NCBI GenBank assembly: GCA_028023455.1
Contig: JAQFVV010000006.1
Span: 744,001 to 808,000 of the forward strand
Reading direction: 5' to 3'
From: Epiperipatus broadwayi
Lineage: Eukaryota; Animalia; Onychophora
DNA length: 64,000 nucleotides
The notes below the pieces were generated by a model. The model saw only the letters and a list, made by a program, of their open reading frames with translations. It searched no databases and was not told the origin of the DNA. Below, in pieces: positions 1-12,941 of the stretch. The translations under genes and the position numbers were made by a program. Numbering within the stretch: the first letter of the stretch is position 1; every line of letters starts with the position of its first letter.

Positions 1-99
1 AATTAATATCTGTATTTTTTAATTTTTAAGAAATTGCAGTCAAGTATCCCTCTCGTCATATTAAGTAATGCAATATTTTTTCTAAAATGGCAAAATAAC

Positions 100-1050
100 A
101 ATGAAACATTTAAATTAAAATCAATATTCCACATGAAATCCTCACATAAAATCTAATTTGTCTAAAAATGTAAAAGCAGTTTACACTTTCATCCAAGAAT
201 CTTATTTTCAACTTACTCCTGATGTCATTTTCAATCATTATCAACCCAAAGCAAAATGGTTATTCCATTCTAAGTTTCATAGCAAATTAAACTTTTTTAG
301 TCATCTAATTAACTTACATTGATTTTTCTCTCTAGATCTCTAATAAAATTTCTTGTTAGCCAGATTAATTTCAGTTATCCATCTGTTAAAGCATTCTGTA
401 GCATATGCAGTATACATTCCAACCTAAATATCACATGCTTCTCCCATTCTACATTTCACCTTTCAGTTTCTTCTTGTTAATTGCAATATATATCCACATA
501 TACTTTTCTATCCAAATCTCAAATCTATAAATAAGTACTAACATTATTTTTAAAAACTTTTCAAATGTAGACACATTTCCTTTTAAATTATTTCTATCAA
601 AAAGCAAATCCACAATTAATATTATTATGCATAATTTCTAACTCACTAATATCAATTTTTGTTACTTTTACATTTTTAAATATTTTTTTACTCTCATTTT
701 CCCTTATATGTGATATCGCTTGAATAGATTTTTCTTCTGCAAAAAAATAAGTTTTGTAATCACTTCAATTCATTTTCATCTCTATTTTAATTCATAAAAT
801 AATTAAGCAAAGCTTTAAAGATGGAATATTCATACAATAAATCATTAATATTAATATCACTGACTTCAAAATTTGACAAATCCCTGAATTTGTTATGATG
901 TTCTGAAGCTTTAAAAGTAATAGAAATGTTTACAAAGTCAAATGAATTTCTTTAATCTTTAAATTTCATGCAAAATGGTAATTCACATTCAAACATGTTT
1001 TTTTAATAAGTTGTTTCAATACTTGATCAAGTCTAATAAACTATAACACT
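100..1050 (-). mobile_element. Highly decayed Penelope-like reverse transcriptase remnant
   Basis: Minus-strand translation with stops shows RT-like motifs in the right order: NSFDF (~950), MG (~450), LDD (~305) and FTFLD (~165). Boundaries approximate. Confidence 0.4.
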
Positions 1051-1560
1051 TAAATCCTGTTTGTTCTTTTGGCTAATTTGAATCCAAAGATCTCTGAAGT
1101 TGATTAGTAATGATCTCAATAATATATATATCACTGGTACATTTCTTTGTAGTTGCTTCCTGATCTTTCATATAATCCTTCAAGAGAAGTTACATTACTT
1201 CATCCAAATACATATAACAATTTTAAAATACATCAGACTTGCCATCCGAGATATAATCCCAAATCAAAATTTGCTTTATTGATCTTCAACTAGGAATCTG
1301 AAACTGAAGAATTATGGTATTTCTTACAATTTATCTCAATATTTGGTTGAATCTAATAAGCGTTAATACTTAAATCCTGCTTGTTTTCTTTTGGCTAACT
1401 CTAATCCAAAGATCTCTAGCTGATCTAATTGTAGTTGTTTCACATAATCTTCCAAGAGATGTTGCTTTGCCCAAAAATGTATATAATTTTTTAAAACAAA
1501 TCAGACTTGCCAATAATTCAAGATGGTCCAAAATCAACATTTGCTTACTTGTTCATACAA
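1031..1560. repeat. Diverged tandem duplication (~320-bp period)
   Basis: tctaataa..acttaaatcctg..ttttggctaa..aatccaaagatctct..tcagacttgcca..caaaat occurs at 1031-1290 and again at 1351-1560. Confidence 0.65.
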
Positions 1561-3266
1561 CTCAAAAATTATAGCATAAAAAATAGACTTATGAGATTCC
1601 AAATTTATTTTTCCAGATCCAATAGCACAGATAACTGCATTTAAACACTTTTACAGGGATAGCAACAAGTAAATTCACCTCAACCCATGGTTCATGGGAC
1701 CATCTACTTCATAAATACTGATCTATGATATATAAACAAATACAGACAATACAAGTAATAAATCAAATCTAGTTACAATGATGGATTTGAAGGACTTCAA
1801 TACCTAGTAAAGTCTATCTCCTCATTTGGAATCTCTACAGGTTCATTTATATTTTATAAATTGTTACCCTGTCTAAAAAAACAAAAAAACTTTATACACT
1901 AAATAATATTCATAGAATATTTGCAATATCTAAAGCTGTCATATATCTTTTGTTTTATTACTTTGCTATCAATTTCATCTGTTTCTTTTAAAATAATTAT
2001 ATCATTTCAGTTTTCTGTTCTAATTGCTGAATAGTATTTTAAGTCACTGAATTCATACATAATCAAGCAATAACATTTAATAATTTTCAAACAATTTAGA
2101 GCTGCTGTTCAACTTGACAATCACAGATTTATCTTAACATGATGAATTTTTTTTTCATCCAACGTTTATAAAAATGTGGAAAATAATTTAACCATATGAC
2201 AATAGGTTAACTGGCCTTCAACATTATATTAAATATAAAACTGTATTTTAACCAAGAATGTAAATATAAAATTGTAGAATTTTAATTTTAACTAAAAATG
2301 GAAAAAAAAATGTTAACGCCCCCTCCCCCCCATTATTATAAGAATTTGATTTGAATTAAGCTTTAATCTTTGTACAATTAATAATAGTCTCTGCACTTAA
2401 TCTCCCAAGCTTGAAAACATTTTATAATGTACTTACAAGCTGAATTCTGATATTATCAAACTTTAAATTATTGAACTAACTTTTTACACATTTAAATATA
2501 AATATTTGAATACATTATCCGTATTTATAAATACATTACAAATGTAACCATTAAAAAAAAAATTTATAAATTGGAAAAAAAAAAAAACAAGTTATAAAAA
2601 AAAAATGTTTCTTGACATTATATCCGTATTTACGATCCAAGCCTAAGATTTAATTATTCGAACTATTCTATATTTCACGTTAAATTCTTATGATAAATTG
2701 TATCTGATTACTAAAGTTAATTACATAAATTTTTTTTTTTAAAAAGACAAAACATCTAAAACTTAGAAGTTAAAATGTATGAATCATCTAATTTTTGGGC
2801 TAACGTTTACGTTAAAAGGAAGGCTAACAGTACAACAGCCATATATAAAAAAAAAAAAAAATGGCTATCGCAAATATAGAAATGAAAAATGCAATATAAG
2901 AAATAATTGTCATTTCGAAATAATTGCTATCGTTGATATTTTGAGAAGTTTGTTTTTGAAAACATAGGTTTAGAACACAACATAACGCAAAGCAGTATTA
3001 AAACTCCAATTGTATATACAACTTATTCATAATATTAATGAATATGGTATTATACGATAAAAATCAAATTATTTAACTGCATAAACTATTAAAAATAAAA
3101 TAAAAGTTACAATACTTTATTAAATAAGACAATAATAAAAAAGTAAAGTGACAAATACAACACATTTTTTTTTTTTAATGTTAATCATCTTCAATAAACG
3201 AGACTGCAATAAAGCGGCTAATCAATGAATATCGTTAGCAAAAATAATCCTAAAATCATAACTTAC

Positions 3267-3330
3267 CATCATATCTTTCGGCCTGTTCGGCCAGTTTGGC
3301 TTGGTAGACATTATCCTCTCTATCAGCCAT
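3267..3330 (-). CDS. 14-3-3epsilon (YWHAE): 14-3-3 epsilon, coding exon 1 (MADREDNVYQAKLAEQAERYD|E); remaining exons lie outside the window to the left
   Basis: Reverse complement reads ATG GCT GAT AGA GAG GAT AAT GTC TAC CAA GCC AAA CTG GCC GAA CAG GCC GAA AGA TAT GAT G|gtaagt. This is the hallmark 14-3-3 epsilon N-terminus: a 64-nt exon with the phase-1 intron after RYD also seen in vertebrate YWHAE. Confidence 0.95.
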
Positions 3331-3480
3331 ATCGGATGGCGTAAATTACTAAAGATTCTATTGAGATATTTTCCAAGACTGCGATCTGATGGAAAACAAA
3401 ATGGCCGCGCCCGCCAATCCAGTAAATAGTTCCAGTTGCTTAGATGTAGTTATATTACTCCGCTCAGTAAAGGGAGTAAA
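3331..3480 (-). promoter_or_regulatory. CpG-rich 5' UTR/promoter of 14-3-3 epsilon with YY1-like and CCAAT motifs
   Basis: caaaatggccgc (YY1/Pho-like) at 3397-3408, ccaat at 3414-3418, and locally retained CpGs immediately upstream of the ATG. Confidence 0.5.
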
Positions 3481-4019
3481 AAAATTCTATTTCGCTATAC
3501 ATAAAAAATAATAAAAATACGTTATTGTTGTAATGTTCATTTATTACTAAAAAACAAAATGAAATAAAATTAAATAATTCTTAACTATTTTGAATGAAAT
3601 GTAAACAGTATATACAACTAAAATCTGTATGTGCTAGTTCATATAATAATGGATTGCCACATCCAGAATAAACTTGCAATTTTTAATTAAGTCAAAATTA
3701 CATGCTTTTGATTACGTTAACTATAAAATACTTTTAATAATTTTAGAAGAATATAGTGCAATTATAATAAATATTTTAACAACAACTATGTTATTTTATT
3801 AATTTTGGAGACGATGAGAAATGAATGCTTTTTTTTTTTTTTCTGGCTTAATTATAATTAAACATTACCAATATTAAAATCTGCTGCTGTTGTTTTTTCT
3901 TACTTTTATTTTAATTATAATGCATTTAAGATTTACTTTCAGTGAATGTACGGCTGAAAATAATGGCAACAAACTTGTAGTACTCTATTTCAAGGCGGAT
4001 AGACTTAAGAGTGATCAAA

Positions 4020-4090
4020 AATCACGTGGAATAATGACGCATCTTAACTTCGGGCTCTTCTGCCTTAGCAACCGTATCCTTAGCAATGTG
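4020..4090 (+). promoter_or_regulatory. Motif cluster (E-box, CRE-like, two RFX-type half sites); possible divergent promoter
   Basis: cacgtg 4023-4028, tgacgca 4035-4041, ctgccttagcaacc 4060-4073 and tccttagcaat 4077-4087 in a CpG-retaining patch. Confidence 0.4.
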
Positions 4091-5329
4091 TGAAAAGAGA
4101 AGTCTAAAACACGTTCTAAAAGCTTCGTGATTTGCCCTAAGATATTTAAATATTATAATTTAGATTTGTAATTAATTTAATTTTTTTCCATAAAGTCTTA
4201 CACAAATAACGAATAAAATGAAATGAAATAAATAATTGTCTTAGTTATGTCTAACGTTTGTGTATTTACCGATAAATATTTATATGAAAAATCATTAGAC
4301 GTAAACTTGGAAATTTACTTCATAACCAAGAACAAATGTAAAATTAGCCAAATAGTTGGAATTAATTTTTTAATTTATTGTCATTAGTGATATATATAAT
4401 TAAAATACTATATCATAATTTCTGTAGGATAGACTATTTTTTTCTGTATGCTTACTATAATTATTAGAAATTGCTAAAGATGTGCCCGCATTTTTTCTTA
4501 AAACATTTACATGCATTTGAAGATACACCTCTGGATGTTTCGGGATGAAAATTAATAATAATCGTGTAATCTATTGCTCTTAAGAGCATCTGACGCTGAA
4601 ACCACAAAATAATAAGCTGAGCATAATGATTGCACCTAATTAACGAAGTTGATTTTTTTTTCTCTTTTAAAAAATCATTCGTAACCCTTCAATTTTTAAG
4701 TCTGTCTTTCTATGGTTATGCTAAATCATTCCGAACAAGATAAGAACTTGGCATATAATAATGCATATAGCTACCATAAATCAGTCCAAGGCAATGTGTA
4801 TGTTTCGATAGATTTAGGAGATCCTTTTGTTTCATACGTATATGTGTTGGGGGGGGGGGTACATTTTTAAAAAAAAGTATTGAGGCTATATTATAGGGAA
4901 TTATTTGTGAAAGGGCCAAAAATTTTAGCTACATTACTACATTCTCTCTGCATATGATAAAAACTTGATATACCTATCAAAAAAAATAAGAATTAAAATA
5001 TGGCCACAAGAAAATGTGATTGCATTGATCCTTTATGACCTAAACAAAATGTTGAGTTCACTAATACACAATCGTCAAGAGAATTTAACTTGTAATGAAA
5101 TAAAATACGAGATATGCAAACAAATAATGAAAAAAGAACAAAATGTATTAATATAATCTTAAATATCAAGCTTACCAAGAAAAAATAAATATAATTTTTT
5201 TTTGCTTTATCACAGTTTGGAATTTGTTGACAGCAAAAATGAAGCTCATACGCAATCATTCTTTATATTTTTTCATAAAGAGAGATTAGGAGATGATCCT
5301 TTTCAAATTACGATGATAGTAAATGATAA

Positions 5330-6410
5330 TAATAGAATCTCGCAACAAACTTTGATATTGTCTGCATGACATCTAAAAGTTATCCAGTTTAACACCACCA
5401 AATCTTACTTAAAATTATCACCAAAAAAATGTAATTTTTACAACTTTTTAAAGAAAAATAAAAAATCTAATTGTACATCATATATATCAAAAGTTTCTGT
5501 GTGTACATATATAATAATTTATAATTCTTGTCAATTATTTAAAAACCTATTAAAGATAGCTGTCGCCTGCTCACATGCACAAGAGGCTGATGCCAATATA
5601 AGCTTATCAACCAACCCCCCCTCAGTTTTAAAAAAAACACCTATGCCAACATTGCAAAAATTAAACTTATATCCAACTTTAAAGTCAGTTCTAAGATTCA
5701 TAAAATCTATTTACAACATAAAGAATCTAGACATCAAATTAATAATAATAAACACAAAATTAAAGAATCTATGTTAACAAAAAGTGAAAAGCAGCATTTG
5801 ATAAATAGACATGCTGCCAATATAAAAATTAATGAATTGTGGGAAAACTCAGTTTAAAAAAAAACACCTATGCCAACATTGCAAAAATTAAACTTATATC
5901 CAACTTTAAAGTCAGTTCTAAGATTCATAAAATCTATTTACGACATAAAGAATCTAGACATCAAATTAATAATAATAAACACAAAATTAAAGAAGCTATG
6001 TTAACAAAAAGTGAAAAGCAACATTTGATAAATAGACAGGCTGCCAATATAAAAATTAATGAATTGTGGGAAAACTCAGTTTTAAAAAAAAACACCTATG
6101 CCAACATTGCAAAAATTAAACTTATATCCAACTTTAAAGTCAGTTCTAAGATTCATAAAATCTATTTACGACATAAAGAATCTAGACATCAAATTAATAA
6201 TAATAAACACAAAATTAAAGAAGCTATGTTAACAAAAAGTGAAAAGCAACATTTGATAAATAGACAGGCTGCCAATATAAAAATTAATGAATTGTGGGAA
6301 AATTGATGTATGACGTATTACTTTTTGTTTACATTTGTAAACGGTTTTTTGTAATACAATTTGAATCTAGTTGATAACGACTACATAGATAGTTGAAAGT
6401 ACTTCTATTA
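5330..6410 (+). mobile_element. Penelope-like element 3' end with three tandem ~230-bp copies of the GIY-YIG C-terminal segment
   Basis: Unit ctcagttt..gtgggaaaa repeated at ~5622-5850, ~5851-6073 and ~6074-6302. It translates to ..KESRHQINNNKHKIKEAMLTKSEKQHLINRQAANIKINELWEN, resembling the PLE endonuclease tail, and is followed by an HHR-like motif. Confidence 0.55.
6368..6407 (+). ncRNA. Decayed hammerhead-like variant in a PLE 3' region
   Basis: UAG UUGAUAA C GACUA CAUAGA UAGUU GAAA GUAC UU CUA: stem II GACUA/UAGUU, palindromic GUAC stem III; the core deviates from CUGANGA. Confidence 0.4.
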
Positions 6411-6599
6411 AATTATGGTATATATATATATTTTTAAATATTTATTTTTTATTATATTAAATTGTTTTGAATAATTCTATATATACTTGTTAAAATTCAT
6501 TTTATGGTATTTCTATTAAATTGTGGTATATATTTGTTTTTTAAAATATTTTTTATTATATTAAATCGTTTTGAATAATTATATATATATATATTTGTT

Positions 6600-6780
6600 A
6601 AAATTCATTTTATGGTCTTATCTCTCCCTGACCACTGGGCATACATTAAGAATAAATTCTAGTGAGGTTTGGGGAGTAAGTACTTAGTAGCAATCTGGAA
6701 GAGTAGGTGAGGTTTGAACCCCTCCATCTGCATCTCTAGGTTAGGTTAAAGCAGCTCTACTTTTCATACCATTACAATAC
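6600..6780. repeat. Short interspersed repeat (family D), copy 1
   Basis: Inverted homologue of 11862-12050 (shared ctagaatttattct, gtagagctgctttaacctaacc, ttgtaatggtatgaaa); ggtttgaacc may be a decayed B-box. Confidence 0.6.
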
Positions 6781-7504
6781 ATAGAAAAATACAGTTTTAT
6801 TAAGCCAGTGAAATTTATCTGGAAGATTTCTAATTAATGCTGCACCCATTCAATTTCTTGATATATTTTGTCTAGCTTACAAATAAAAATTAATTCCGGG
6901 TTTGGCTCTTTGCCTATACTAATAAAATTGAGAAATAAATTCACATTGGAAACTATGCTAGTACTATGGACTTACAAGAGGAAAATAAAAATTTAGTAGG
7001 ACTTTGGTCAACATTATGTTAAAGAAATTTAATTTTCTGCTATATATAGAAATTAAGTTTTTGGTACTGATTTAGAATGTGCTTTCCACCATTTTGATTT
7101 TTAAGGGGAGACCCAAAATCACTACTGACCTAACCAAGTGCTAAACAAAGTTAATTCAAAAATCACAATTTCCAACAAAAATTAAGAAATTAACATGCAA
7201 GCTTACTCAAAAAAAATTGAATATGTTTAGAAATAAAAATATCAAACATATTGGTATGAACCCAAAAATTAGCAAAAATCACATGACCAAAAAGATCAAA
7301 CAAATATTAAAAAAATAATATTTTGTGAGTTTTACAAATATTAGCAGTATTACTGTAGACTTATGTGAGTAAAATTTAAACAGTACTTCTTCAAACTTAT
7401 GGAAATTAAATTTGTATAATTTAATAGTATATTTAATTATCGTTTTATTGTATGTTATGAAACTCAGACATTATAACATTAATATAATTAAACTGCTAAA
7501 CAGT

Positions 7505-7833
7505 ACATGATCATCATTTTTTATGTTTAAACAAGCTGTTAACACAAAGACAAAACTCTCCGTACACTAGCACCACATAGCACAAGCCAGAGTAATCAAT
7601 GGATGCTAAACAAGAGATAACCTAGGAAATTGCATTAGATTCTAAGACCTAGATGCAGTGCTCTCAGTTCCAAGGTTCCTCAATGATGAAAGCCCTAAGT
7701 GGGAAACTAGTCTGGGGATATTGGATGGGTAGGCACTAGATAGGAATTTTATGCACAAATCTTTTAGCATACCTTGATTATTCTGGCTTGCATTGAGTGG
7801 TGCTACTGTATGGAGACATTTGCCTCTGTGTTA
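7505..7833. mobile_element. Family A HHR-bearing fold-back repeat, copy A1 (old, decayed)
   Basis: Contains gagtaatcaatggatg / gattattctgg..gctactgtatggag arms and a + strand HHR relic tcctca ATGATGA..GAAA CTAG TC tggggatattggat at 7677-7725 (C3 mutated). Confidence 0.75.
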
Positions 7834-8449
7834 ATACAATTACACAGAGTAATCACATTCATGAACCTTAATCACATTATCTAATTGTACCAACAGCTTA
7901 TCAAATTAATAATTTAAAGACCTGATGACCTGTATCATAGCCTAGAAAGTTTTTAGCATCTAAAAAGAGTATTCTCACATGGATAAATTAGTTTGTGTTA
8001 TTTAGATAACTTCTTCACTGAAGAGGTTTTATTTCTGATCTTCTTATATCCTGATAAAAAGTTTTATAGTTTATTATTTGTGGATTAACTTTCTACCATA
8101 TTAAAAATGGCTTTTGGAGTTTGAAGACTTGTTTCTGCAATATATTATTAATCATGTATAATGGTCATCCTTGTGCATTTATGCAATAAAATCCAGAGTC
8201 CAAGCAAATTACAACAAAGCTGATCTAGATGAGGTGGTGATACCTCAAATCTAACCATGCTTCAACTCATTTATCAGCACTACCTGATTTAATACCCTAT
8301 GAATGACATTTATGAGGTTAAGCTCAGTCTCAATTTCTTCTATGAGCTGACTGAGCAAAGGAGAACTCAGGGTAAAATTACTGACTTAACTATAACTAAA
8401 GGTTAATAAACTATTCAACATGCTATGACTTAACTAATGAAATGCATAA

Positions 8450-8990
8450 TCTGTATCAATAAAGAATTTAGTTGATTTGGAATGGATTGCGATAAATGAC
8501 ATTAAACAAGTGAAATTTCAATATGTTTAATAATATAATGATTAAGAAATTAATTAAAAGAAAACAAAATTAAAAGAAAGCAAAATGATTATTAAGCATT
8601 GGTTGGATGGATTATGCATGCAGGCATTACAATAATGATGAGAGGGACAATGATACAGCCATCACATCTTGATATACAATGCAATTTATATATATTCATC
8701 TATGGTCTATGACTTATGCCTAATATTGTAATATGCCAATCTATCCTTCAGGTTTGTTAATGATCAGTTAAACATCATCCAGGATAACACAAATAAATTG
8801 GGTGATAAGCTACTAATTTTAACATATTGACAACAAGCAATTAAATATGCTCAAAATGCAGATTCATTAGGCAAAACCAGATTCCAAGTTCAGGCTAATG
8901 CCGAAGTTTACTAATAAGAAGAAAATTAATGGGTTACTGTAGATTGGCATCTGAGATTATGGTGCTAAAATGTTAAAATTAAATATCAAT
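8450..8990 (+). mobile_element. Decayed CR1/L2-type LINE 3' RT fragment
   Basis: Remnant translation IQPSHLDIQC..LNIIQDN..KLNGLL resembles the PHLDYC..LQ.IQN tail of CR1/L2 RT. Many stops. Confidence 0.3.
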
Positions 8991-9059
8991 GTGCAATTGC
9001 TCTTGGGATGTCATTTGGTTACTATTAACTCTATATACAAATGGGGGATGGGGCAGATC

Positions 9060-11100
9060 CATAGATAAATTTATCTAGTTTAAGTAGGATCTGGGGTATA
9101 TCCTTAAAATTATTTTGATTTATGGGACCTATCCTCCATGAGGCTTTCATACTTCTCAGATTTCTGCTCAGTTTGATATGGTTTCATCCAAAATGGAAAA
9201 TTCTTATGACCTTCTCAGATGCTTTTACTCCCCAGCTTTCAAGTTCGAACTCCTAGCTGTTTCCCTATTCTAATAACATTGGAGTCCTTCCCTTTTTTAC
9301 TCTTCCCTCTTCCTCATGGTCCCTTCTATTTTAATGCTGGCATCTTCTCTTCCTGTTACTAATTCAAAGACTGACTGCTTCCAACAAGCCTTATCCTCTA
9401 TCCTACATCTCAAGCTCAACTTTATCCATTTGCTTCTATCCCCTAGCCTATTTTTATCAAAGGGGCACTGCCTACATGAATTTCTTTTGGGCCTGTCTTC
9501 TAATATTTCTTCTTAAATCTGATTCATCCCAATAGTTTCTATATCTTTCATTCAAAGGAGCATTGTCCTCTATCTTTTTCACTGGGGATGCCCCCCTCAA
9601 TGTCTACCTTTATCTTCTACTGCTACCACATGAATTTCCCCACCATGATTGATCTCTTTCTTTACATCTAGGAAGTCCTGTTCATACTCTCTATAATATG
9701 TTTCTGTTCTGCTCCCTATCAACTCCACTCTTCTGCACCATACTTTGTTCATCTTTGTTCCCTCTTTCTAATGTGTTCTGTTGTCCCTTGGTCTCGAATC
9801 CCTTTTCTAGTTTTAAATTATCCTCCTTATCCCAACCTTTCATCCTCATGTTATCCTGCTCAATCCTTTCTTTATATCTACAGCTATCGCATATTCTCTA
9901 TGCTTTATACAAACTCAACCTAAATGGTTTCATCTCCTGACTTCATACTATCTTGTCTGTCTTGCTCATCTAGGTTTTTTATTCACAAAACCTTACGTCT
10001 ATTTCCATCTGTATTTAAACTATCCTGTTCCATCTCTATCAAGTCAGTGGGAGATCTGCTTCTCTTTTGAGTGCAGTCTGTTTCTTCTCTCATTACTTCT
10101 ACCCTTCCCATCTGGGCCTGTTCCTGGATTGCAGTGTATTTTTTATGGACAAGGTTTCTCTTCACTTCATGCAGGATTTCTATTCATTTTCTTCTGTGTC
10201 TCCTGTAGTCCCACATGGCTTCCTCCTGTTTATTTTGCATCTGGATCTGATTGGTCCTATCCTCTACTAGTTTCCTTTCTAGAACCTCTCTGATTTCCTT
10301 GATGGCCTTGCCTAGGAAGGTTTCTGGTACTTTGACTTTATTCCTCAAAACCTCAAACTCATGCCTTAATTCCTACATGGTCAGATGGTGTTCTTCTGAT
10401 GGTCCCCTAAGAGCCTTGTGAATTTTCACATCAATTTATGTATTTTTGCTGGCAGTCTATTTGTAATTTTTCCAACCCTTTCTGCAGGCTATCCTCTGCC
10501 TGTCTATCCCTTTCTTCCATTTCTAACTTATTTTGCATAATTCTTTCTTCCATTCATCTATATCTATCTTTCTTCTTCATCCAAAAGCTTGGGCCTCAAG
10601 CCTCTTTTCCATCTCCTGGCTTGTTAGCATCTGTACATCATTCTAACCAAAGTAGCTAAACTTTCTCCCTGGTCTCACTTAGCATCTGTCCCTGGCTCTA
10701 TCTCTGCCCTAGATGGCTCTTTCAAATATATGGGGCTCTCTATGGGCTTGCTCTCAAGGTATTGGCTTATTCATACTTACCTCTCTGTCTCTCCCTCTGC
10801 GCAAATAATATCTCTTCCAGATCTCAGAATTATCCTTCTGCTTATTACTTCCCTTTTTTGTTTAGCATCTTTACCTTAGCTTTTTATTTGCAAGCTATGG
10901 GGTTCTCTTCAAGGTCTTCCCTTCTCCCAGACCCCAACTGATTTTCAACTCATTTCTTCCCTTTACTTACTTTGCTTCAATATTGCTCTATTTATAATAA
11001 AAAATAGCATTCCTTCTGTTCTGTAATTAATTCTACAATATGGGCTATTTTGACAATGGTCCACTAAACTTGCTTTCCCAACCTGTTATATTAACAACCT
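9060..11100 (-). mobile_element. Decayed LTR-retrotransposon gag/pol-like remnant
   Basis: Strongly purine-rich minus strand with coiled-coil-like E/K/R translation and PFWMKPYQ (gypsy RT N-terminal P..PYR motif) near 9180-9200. Confidence 0.4.
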
Positions 11101-11861
11101 ATCCCATCTCTTGATTCTTCCCTGACTTTCCAAGTGCCTTGCTTAATAATGTCTACAATTGGCCTACATATTATACAAGAATAAGTAAAAAAATTTTAAA
11201 AAAAATTACTCGAGTCTTCTTGATCATCTCTTTACAGCTGCAGAACTACTAAAGAAATTTTATTAATCCTTGATTGCCTATGCCTGTGCCAAATTTAATA
11301 AAATTTTGATTATGAGTACACATATATCAATAACCTTGGCTGGTTTATTTCATTCTCACACTCCAATCCAAAATCTTAAATCATACCAAAAAAATTGAGG
11401 TCCTTTTAAGTTTTTCCACCCCTAATGACAAAAATTTATGAGGATGGCTCTAAACCTGTTTGAGTCACCCTCAGAAACCAGTCATTTAGGTGAGACACAT
11501 ACATGTATATGATAATGGACCTTATGGTTCCAAATTAATATACATTACAAAAATATGCAATAATTGTTAAGACATATAATGATACCTATTCACTAGCATA
11601 TTGAGCTAAATTTTAAATTTTACAAGATAATTTAATGAGATCTCATGTGAAAACAAAATATGGATAATTTAATGAGATCTCATGTGAAAACAAAATACCC
11701 ACACACATAAAATCTAAGTATAACATTAAGTGTTCATAATGGGAGACAAAAAAATTACATATATATAAAATTGGAGGTATAAAGTAATCTATACTTGAGA
11801 AAAAAATTATTATACATCTACCATTATCTATTCAAGTCATGGAGAATAATTGTAGCCTCCT

Positions 11862-12050
11862 TATTGTAATGGTATGAAACGTAGAGCTGCTTTAACCTAA
11901 CCAAGAGATGCAGGTAGAGGGGGATTGAACATCACTTACTTCTAAAGATTGGTACTAAGCAACTTACTCCTCAAACCTCACTAGAATTTATTCTTTAGGT
12001 ATGCCCAGTGATCAGGGAGAGATGAGATCCCAAAGAGGCATTTTAACAAA
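11862..12050. repeat. Short interspersed repeat (family D), copy 2, inverted relative to 6600-6780
   Basis: Direct visual alignment to the reverse complement of 6600-6780. Confidence 0.6.
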
Positions 12051-12782
12051 AAAAAAGCAGGTTTAAACTATATAATGACACAGATAGAATATTGGTGAGA
12101 TTAGTGAATGAAAGATTATTGTTCACTTAAAAGAAATGACAACTTGAAGAAGCAATTGACAAAAAATAATTATTGCAAGTTATTTTCTTGCACCAGTAAA
12201 CAGAGATCGAGAAATGCATTTAGCAAGATCCAATTAATGTACATAAACAAATTGGTTGGCAACTATAAAACCATACTATTCTTAGCCAACAACAGGGTGC
12301 TTTACTTTAAAGGAGACAGACAGAAAAACCTACCTCTAGGGTGAAAATATAAAAAAATGGACAATTGGTTAAACTAGTTAACTAGATTTAGACCACTTCA
12401 AAGATAGCCTGCATTTAAATGACAAAATCCCCAGTGGACATTTTTCAGATTTACTCTGTAGTATTTTGACCAAATGACAAGGTAAGGTTTTTTTATCTAT
12501 AATGAAATAAAAAAACTATCGTGGTCCTTGGTGATTCAATTGTGTGAGTTTAGAATTGAATCTCAGGCAAAATGGTTTTATACATGGCTAACATGGGTCT
12601 GGATAGCACTCTGGGTCTAACATATAGTTAGAGAAATGGAGCTCATTTGCTATAGCATGATCCAAGCTCAAGGCTGAAGTATAAGTGCTTGTGTTCAGTA
12701 GTAATATTTAAAAAAGAATCGATCCATTTTATTATCAATAGCAATCTCAGAGTGGTGTTAGCCTATTAATCAATGACAATGA

Positions 12783-12941
12783 GAGCTGTGGAGATGTGCC
12801 AAGACACCTACAAATCACTGAGTAGCACAATATAAGAGAAAATACAGTCAAATGGCCATTAGGAGCTGTGGAGATGTTCCAAGACACCTACAAATCACTG
12901 AGTAGCACAATATAAGAGAAAATGCAGTCAAATGGCCATTA
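12783..12941. repeat. Tandem duplication, 80-bp unit x2
   Basis: gagctgtggagatgt..aaatggccatta repeated almost identically. Confidence 0.85.

Noticed and set aside
7915-7960. ctgatga..gaaa motif resembling an HHR
   Set aside because: Stem II (cctgtatcatagccta) does not pair convincingly and there is no stem I; at best an unrecognisable relic.
11420-11490. Hairpin ending gaaa ccag tc, HHR-like
   Set aside because: No CUGANGA core, and the putative G8/A9 bases are sequestered in the stem.
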